This document shows positions 54,631 through 58,958 of a stretch of 58,958 nucleotides of DNA, one piece after another; within the stretch, counting starts at the first letter, position 1, and each line of letters opens with the position of its first letter. The DNA lies in the NCBI GenBank assembly GCA_039793615.1, contig JBAMLJ010000028.1, positions 1 through 58,958 on the forward strand, in the 5' to 3' direction. The position numbers were made by a program, and so were the translations under genes. The notes under the pieces were generated by a model. The model saw only the letters and a program-made list of their open reading frames with translations, made no database searches and was not told the origin of the DNA. The stretch is from a bacterium. Lineage in GTDB: Bacteria; Patescibacteriota; Minisyncoccia; UBA6257.

Positions 54631-56997
54631 TTAATCTGCTATTTTATCCCATTCCCCTTTCTCAACTATCTCAATAAAGTTATTCACCGCTTCTTGATAC
54701 TGAGAATTTAATTCAACAACTTTTTTTGCGTATTCAATCGCTTTTTCTTTATTGTGTAATTTAGCGTAAGTAGCAGCGAGATGAATGTATACTGATGGAT
54801 TTTTAGGATCTAATTTTAATTCTTGCTCATAAAGCTTAATAATTCTTTGATAGTCTTTATGTTGTGCCAATATTTTAACTAAATTATTCATTAATTGAGA
54901 ATCATTAAAAACATAACCATTATCCAAAGCTTTGACGAAATAATCAAAACTTGAAGTGGTGTTATTTTGCATCAAATAATAATACCCCATTAAATAATTA
55001 GCAATATTATTATTAGGATCCAATTGTAAAACTTTCTCAAGCTCCAATTTTGCTTTTTCTGATTCATTTAAAAGAAAATCTAATTTGGCTGAAATTAAAT
55101 AAGTTTGCGGAAAATAAGGAGCAATTTTAATTAAATCATCCCTGATTTGTTTTGCTTCCTCTAATTTTTCTTTATTCCACCGAGACTCATAAATGATTAA
55201 TTGTAATTTATTAAATACTAAACGATAATTCCATGGTTCTTTCTTTAATAAATCATCGCTTAATTTGATTAATTCGTTAATTAATGGTTCGATTTTTTCA
55301 TTAATAACGCCGTAACTGCCTATAATATTATACGTACCAATTACTAAATCTTTTCTTAAATTATCCATTTTGCCAATGGAATAATTTAAACTCTTAAATT
55401 CGCTTAAAGCGTCATCATATTTTTGAGCAGCGATTAAACGAGCCAAATTAATAATTCCTTGACTAATGGAATAAGTTTTTACTACTATTTGGGATAGAGA
55501 GAAAATAATTAAACAAAAAGCACTAATTAAAATAAAACCCTTTAATAGCTGAAAAGCATAATCTTTTCTTTTTAAAGCGACTGAAGAAAAACCATATTCT
55601 TTTAAAATCATATCTTCTGATCGGCTTAAAACTGGAATAAATCCTAATACCAAAAAGAACATCAAATAACTTTCATGAAAATCAAAAAGAAAAATATTTT
55701 GAACAAAATAACTAATAATTAACGACTCGAAAACAACGCTTTGAATAAAACCTCCCTCTTGTTGGCGTTTTCTTTGAAGTAAAATAAAAGTAACGATAAA
55801 AATTCCTAAATAAGAAATAAATCCAACCAAACCAGTAGTAGCTAAAACTTCCATTATTTTATTATGAGCACGATCAAAATAAAAATCTTCAGGTAAAACT
55901 TTTACTACCTCAGGATTAAAATTCTTTAAATAGGCAGGCTCATAATTTTCGATCCCCCATCCAAAAATTGGTTTTTCCAGAAAACTTTTAAAGGCAGTTT
56001 CTGCTGATAAAAGACGTGACATTCCAGTAGGATCTTTATAAGAAATTGAGGTTAAGCGCATTAGGGCAAAATTATTTTTAACAAAATTAGTATTCTTCAA
56101 ACTAAAAACTGTGATCAAAAAAATAGTAATTATTACCAAAACAATTAATGATAATTTTTTAAAAACTAAAAACTCTTTGCGGGAAGAAATTAATAAATTA
56201 ACAATTAAAAATAAAATACCAATTCCTAAACCAATCATCCCTCCTCTTGTTCCTGAAATAAAAACCAATAAAGCATCAAAAACAGCAATCCCTAACCACA
56301 AGAAGCTCTCTTTTTGAGGAAAGAGACTTTTTACTGTTGTTTTAAGTGAAGCCTTAACCGAATCTCTTAATCCAAAATGTTTTGCAGTTTTAATGGCATT
56401 AGAATTCTTGGCAATGATATTTATTTGCTCCAGCAATAAGCTGTCAAAATAAAAGTATAAAGCTAAAAAACAATTAAATATAAAATAAGTAGCCAAATAA
56501 GAAGGATTACCGGTAAAACCAGATAAACGTGGCGTTGGCTGCACTGATCCAATTGCCATCCCCTTATAAATTAATAATGATAAAATACCATAAAAAGTAC
56601 TAATAAAAATTTCAATTTTAAATAATTGTTTAAACTCATTAAAATCAAAAACATTAGTAATGATGATAAAGAAGATAATGAAATGCCAGACACCAATTAC
56701 TCCCTCCATTCTTTCACAACCAGATAACAAACTCCAAATTAAATTAACTCCAAAAAATGCTGATAGAAAAACAGCAATCCCATAAATTAATAAAAAAACC
56801 GTTAAGGCATTAACTTTAAATTTTGCTTCCCCTCTCGTAATCATTAACAAATACACCAAAAGCATTGCTTCTACAATTATCCGAAAAACAGTTGCTTTAG
56901 CAACAATAAAAGGAAAATAAGTGCGAGAAGAAACCAAAAAAGGCGTCAATAAAGTCGCGATTGTAAGGTAAAAAAGTATAGATTTTAAGTTTGACAT
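54631..56997 (-). CDS. O-antigen ligase (Wzy_C)-like polytopic membrane protein fused to C-terminal TPR repeats
   Basis: About 12 TM helices with the ligase-like loop SGTRGGMIGLGIG, then a TPR-like C-terminal third (AKLELEKVLQLDPNN, YEQELKLDPKNPSVYIHLAATYAKL). Confidence 0.7.
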   Translation of the reverse strand: MSNLKSILFYLTIATLLTPFLVSSRTYFPFIVAKATVFRIIVEAMLLVYLLMITRGEAKFKVNALTVFLLIYGIAVFLSAFFGVNLIWSLLSGCERMEGVIGVWHFIIFFIIITNVFDFNEFKQLFKIEIFISTFYGILSLLIYKGMAIGSVQPTPRLSGFTGNPSYLATYFIFNCFLALYFYFDSLLLEQINIIAKNSNAIKTAKHFGLRDSVKASLKTTVKSLFPQKESFLWLGIAVFDALLVFISGTRGGMIGLGIGILFLIVNLLISSRKEFLVFKKLSLIVLVIITIFLITVFSLKNTNFVKNNFALMRLTSISYKDPTGMSRLLSAETAFKSFLEKPIFGWGIENYEPAYLKNFNPEVVKVLPEDFYFDRAHNKIMEVLATTGLVGFISYLGIFIVTFILLQRKRQQEGGFIQSVVFESLIISYFVQNIFLFDFHESYLMFFLVLGFIPVLSRSEDMILKEYGFSSVALKRKDYAFQLLKGFILISAFCLIIFSLSQIVVKTYSISQGIINLARLIAAQKYDDALSEFKSLNYSIGKMDNLRKDLVIGTYNIIGSYGVINEKIEPLINELIKLSDDLLKKEPWNYRLVFNKLQLIIYESRWNKEKLEEAKQIRDDLIKIAPYFPQTYLISAKLDFLLNESEKAKLELEKVLQLDPNNNIANYLMGYYYLMQNNTTSSFDYFVKALDNGYVFNDSQLMNNLVKILAQHKDYQRIIKLYEQELKLDPKNPSVYIHLAATYAKLHNKEKAIEYAKKVVELNSQYQEAVNNFIEIVEKGEWDKIAD

Positions 56998-57146
56998 AAT
57001 GAGTATGATTTATTCAATATTAAATCCCTAATAACCCATAACAAATGATAAAAAACAATTTAAAATTCAAAAATCAAAATTTAGAATAATCAAAATTTAG
57101 AATCCGGAATCTGAAATCTGACATTTGGAATTTGAAATACAATAAT

Positions 57147-57192
57147 AAATTTTTAATTTTAATTTTAAATTTTAAACTTATACTCAATACTT
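57147..57192 (-). repeat. Composite module (heptamer array plus A/T tracts)
   Basis: Minus strand reads AAGTATTG AGTATAAG TTTAAAATTTAAAATTAAAATTAAAAATTT. It is preceded by CAATGACAAGAAAAAAG. Confidence 0.65.
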
Positions 57193-57200
57193 TTTTCTTG

Positions 57201-58847
57201 TCATTGTAAACTTTGATTGGCAACTGTCCGGGTTAACGGTCCAAAATAACCAGTCTGCGCTATTCCCTTCATTGCTTGATAACGTTTTACTGCTAACATA
57301 GTTAATGGTCCGTAATAACCAGTAATTAATTTTTCTGGGTAAATATCACTTCCTAAATTAGCCAAAAATTGCTGCAAACATTTTACTTCATTAGATTTCA
57401 TACCATAAGATAAATCCTGAGTAAAAACAGAACATTTTAAATTATTCTGATAAACATTTTTTAAAGCAATCAACATTTGTAATTGAGCCACTCTTCTTTT
57501 TAATTCCTCAATTTGAGCCTGAAGTTGATTAATTAAAGCCTGGTCATTATCTTTATTCTGTCCTAAATTTTGCGCTTCAAAGGAATAATAATAAAGTCTT
57601 CCTTTTTCTGCTCTACTTGGTAAATAAGGGATGAAATAAATGGCGATATTTTTAGTACCTATATCAGTAACATATATTTCTTGAATATTAGTATTATTAA
57701 AATCAACAAAATTTAAAGTTTTCTTGCCATCAATACTTTCAATAATATAAGGAATTTTAGAAATAGGTGTTTGCTCGGGGATAGTAAACTTCAATTTTAC
57801 TGTTCCTAATCCGCCGTTAAGTTTTTGCCATTTACCTGTTAAAGCTTTTAAAGAATCGGTTACTGATAATGAACTTTTCTCTTGTAGTGGCAAATAATAA
57901 GAATAAGCTTTAATAGAATAATTTTTTAAAATAGGATCTTGATAACAATATTTAAAATTATTCGTTTCGCAAGTATTATATAAATTAGTAATTAACCAAT
58001 TTAAGAAAACTTCGTCTAAATTCGTTCCCCTTTTTTTTAAAGCTTCATTTAAAGAAACAAAACCGTCTTTGGAGGGGTATTTTAAGGCATCAGCAAAAAT
58101 TCCGTTACCAAATTGTTCTCTTAAATACAAAGCCAATAAATAAACTTTACCATAATCTTTATTAGAATTAGCCCAATCTTCTAAATTAACTTCAGTGGAA
58201 TAAAGTAATGCTTGAGCTCGTTGTTTAGTAATTTGGCTGATATCAACGCCAATGGCCTGGCCAGCAAATTCAGACATCATCTCATAAAACCAAGTTTGAG
58301 AATCTGGTTTTTGTTTTAAAGTAATTAAGTGAGTAAATTCGTGAGCTAATTCATAATCTAAAAAATTACTATCAGCCTTAGTAATTAAATTACTATTTAA
58401 ATAAATAATTTGGCCTTGATTAGACTGCGGGTAAATTGTTTTGGGATATTCATCCCCTGACTGGATATAGCCGCCATAATTATCTTTTAAGGGTTCTAAA
58501 ACAATCACAATTTTTGGATCATTATCAACTCCGGGATTATCCTCTGAACCTAATAAATTTGTTAAAAAAGGATAAATTTTATATTCAAAATCGCTGGTTA
58601 AATTATAAAGCTTACTATCTAAAGTATTTTTATCAGGAAAATTATTATACCAAGTTTTATCAGCATAAAAATAGAGCTTATTGGTAATTTTAATTAGTTG
58701 AACATCAATTTGATTTCTGCCACTTAAATCATAATTAGAATCAACAAAAAGAGTTTCATTTTGCGACCAAGCAAAAACCAAAGAAGGTAGAATTAAAAGC
58801 CCTAAAAAGAAACCAAAAAAAATCTTTTTGTTTAATAATAGCGACAT
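57201..58847 (-). CDS. Secreted putative zinc metallopeptidase (HExxH) with coiled-coil and a C-terminal peptidoglycan-binding domain
   Basis: Signal-like N-terminus MSLLLNKKIFFGFFLGLLILPSLVFA, HEFTH within ELAHEFTHLI, coiled coil LINQLQAQIEELKRRVAQLQ, and a PG_binding_1-like tail (VKCLQQFL...YYGPLT..AVKRYQ...G..TGYFGPLT). The first ATG is at 58847 and a TTG at 58871 is possible. Confidence 0.6.
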   Translation of the reverse strand: MSLLLNKKIFFGFFLGLLILPSLVFAWSQNETLFVDSNYDLSGRNQIDVQLIKITNKLYFYADKTWYNNFPDKNTLDSKLYNLTSDFEYKIYPFLTNLLGSEDNPGVDNDPKIVIVLEPLKDNYGGYIQSGDEYPKTIYPQSNQGQIIYLNSNLITKADSNFLDYELAHEFTHLITLKQKPDSQTWFYEMMSEFAGQAIGVDISQITKQRAQALLYSTEVNLEDWANSNKDYGKVYLLALYLREQFGNGIFADALKYPSKDGFVSLNEALKKRGTNLDEVFLNWLITNLYNTCETNNFKYCYQDPILKNYSIKAYSYYLPLQEKSSLSVTDSLKALTGKWQKLNGGLGTVKLKFTIPEQTPISKIPYIIESIDGKKTLNFVDFNNTNIQEIYVTDIGTKNIAIYFIPYLPSRAEKGRLYYYSFEAQNLGQNKDNDQALINQLQAQIEELKRRVAQLQMLIALKNVYQNNLKCSVFTQDLSYGMKSNEVKCLQQFLANLGSDIYPEKLITGYYGPLTMLAVKRYQAMKGIAQTGYFGPLTRTVANQSLQ

Positions 58848-58876
58848 TAAAAATATAATACCACAAAACAATGTAA

Positions 58877-58958
58877 AATTACAAATGACAAAAAGAAGTA
58901 TTCAGTATTCAGTATTCTGTATTCTGTATTGAGTATAATTGTTTAAAAATTAAAAATT
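58877..58958 (+). repeat. Composite intergenic module, copy i (six heptamers), continues to the window end
   Basis: aaaattacaaatgacaaaaagaAGTATTC AGTATTC AGTATTC TGTATTC TGTATTG AGTATAAT tgtttaaaaattaaaaatt. Confidence 0.75.

Overview
Visibly AT-rich, very gene-dense bacterial sequence with about 50 protein genes. Most are on the minus strand, many overlap by 1-26 nt, and the stop codons are standard (TGA is used as a stop, e.g. nrdD). The content is mostly core housekeeping: rpmB, ndk, aspS, nrdDG, ftsAZ, ybeY, rpsU, hisS, lepB, pth, clpB, rpoBC, trmD, an smc-like gene, rnc, nusB, rpmF, ileS, smpB-ssrA, infC-rpmI-rplT, rtcB-archease, rpsT, holA, mutM, polA and tsaE. There is also a competence / type IV pilus / cell-surface component: a split ComEC, a tandem-duplicated PilB/GspE ATPase, an O-antigen-ligase/TPR protein, a secreted HExxH/PG-binding protein and an LCP protein. 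Several traits suggest a reduced-genome, CPR/Patescibacteria-like organism (inference only): domain-trimmed proteins (AspRS without the GAD domain, SMC without a hinge, a half-size MFS), anaerobic RNR, and no Shine-Dalgarno motifs at the starts I inspected. RNA genes are a tmRNA, tRNA-Arg(CCG) and two unclassified structured RNAs, each bracketed by near-consensus sigma70 promoter(s) and a long closing stem plus U-run. Intergenic spacers carry a recurring composite repeat (AGTATTN heptamer arrays followed by AAAAATT tracts) and a 69-bp near-identical repeat pair. I saw no transposase, integrase, CRISPR array or recognisable defence system. The most interesting items are the 966-aa covalent double PilB/GspE ATPase, the two promoter/terminator-delimited ncRNAs (405-542 and 54224-54399), the intergenic repeat family, and a membrane-anchored Clp-like AAA+ protein with a degenerate first ATPase domain.
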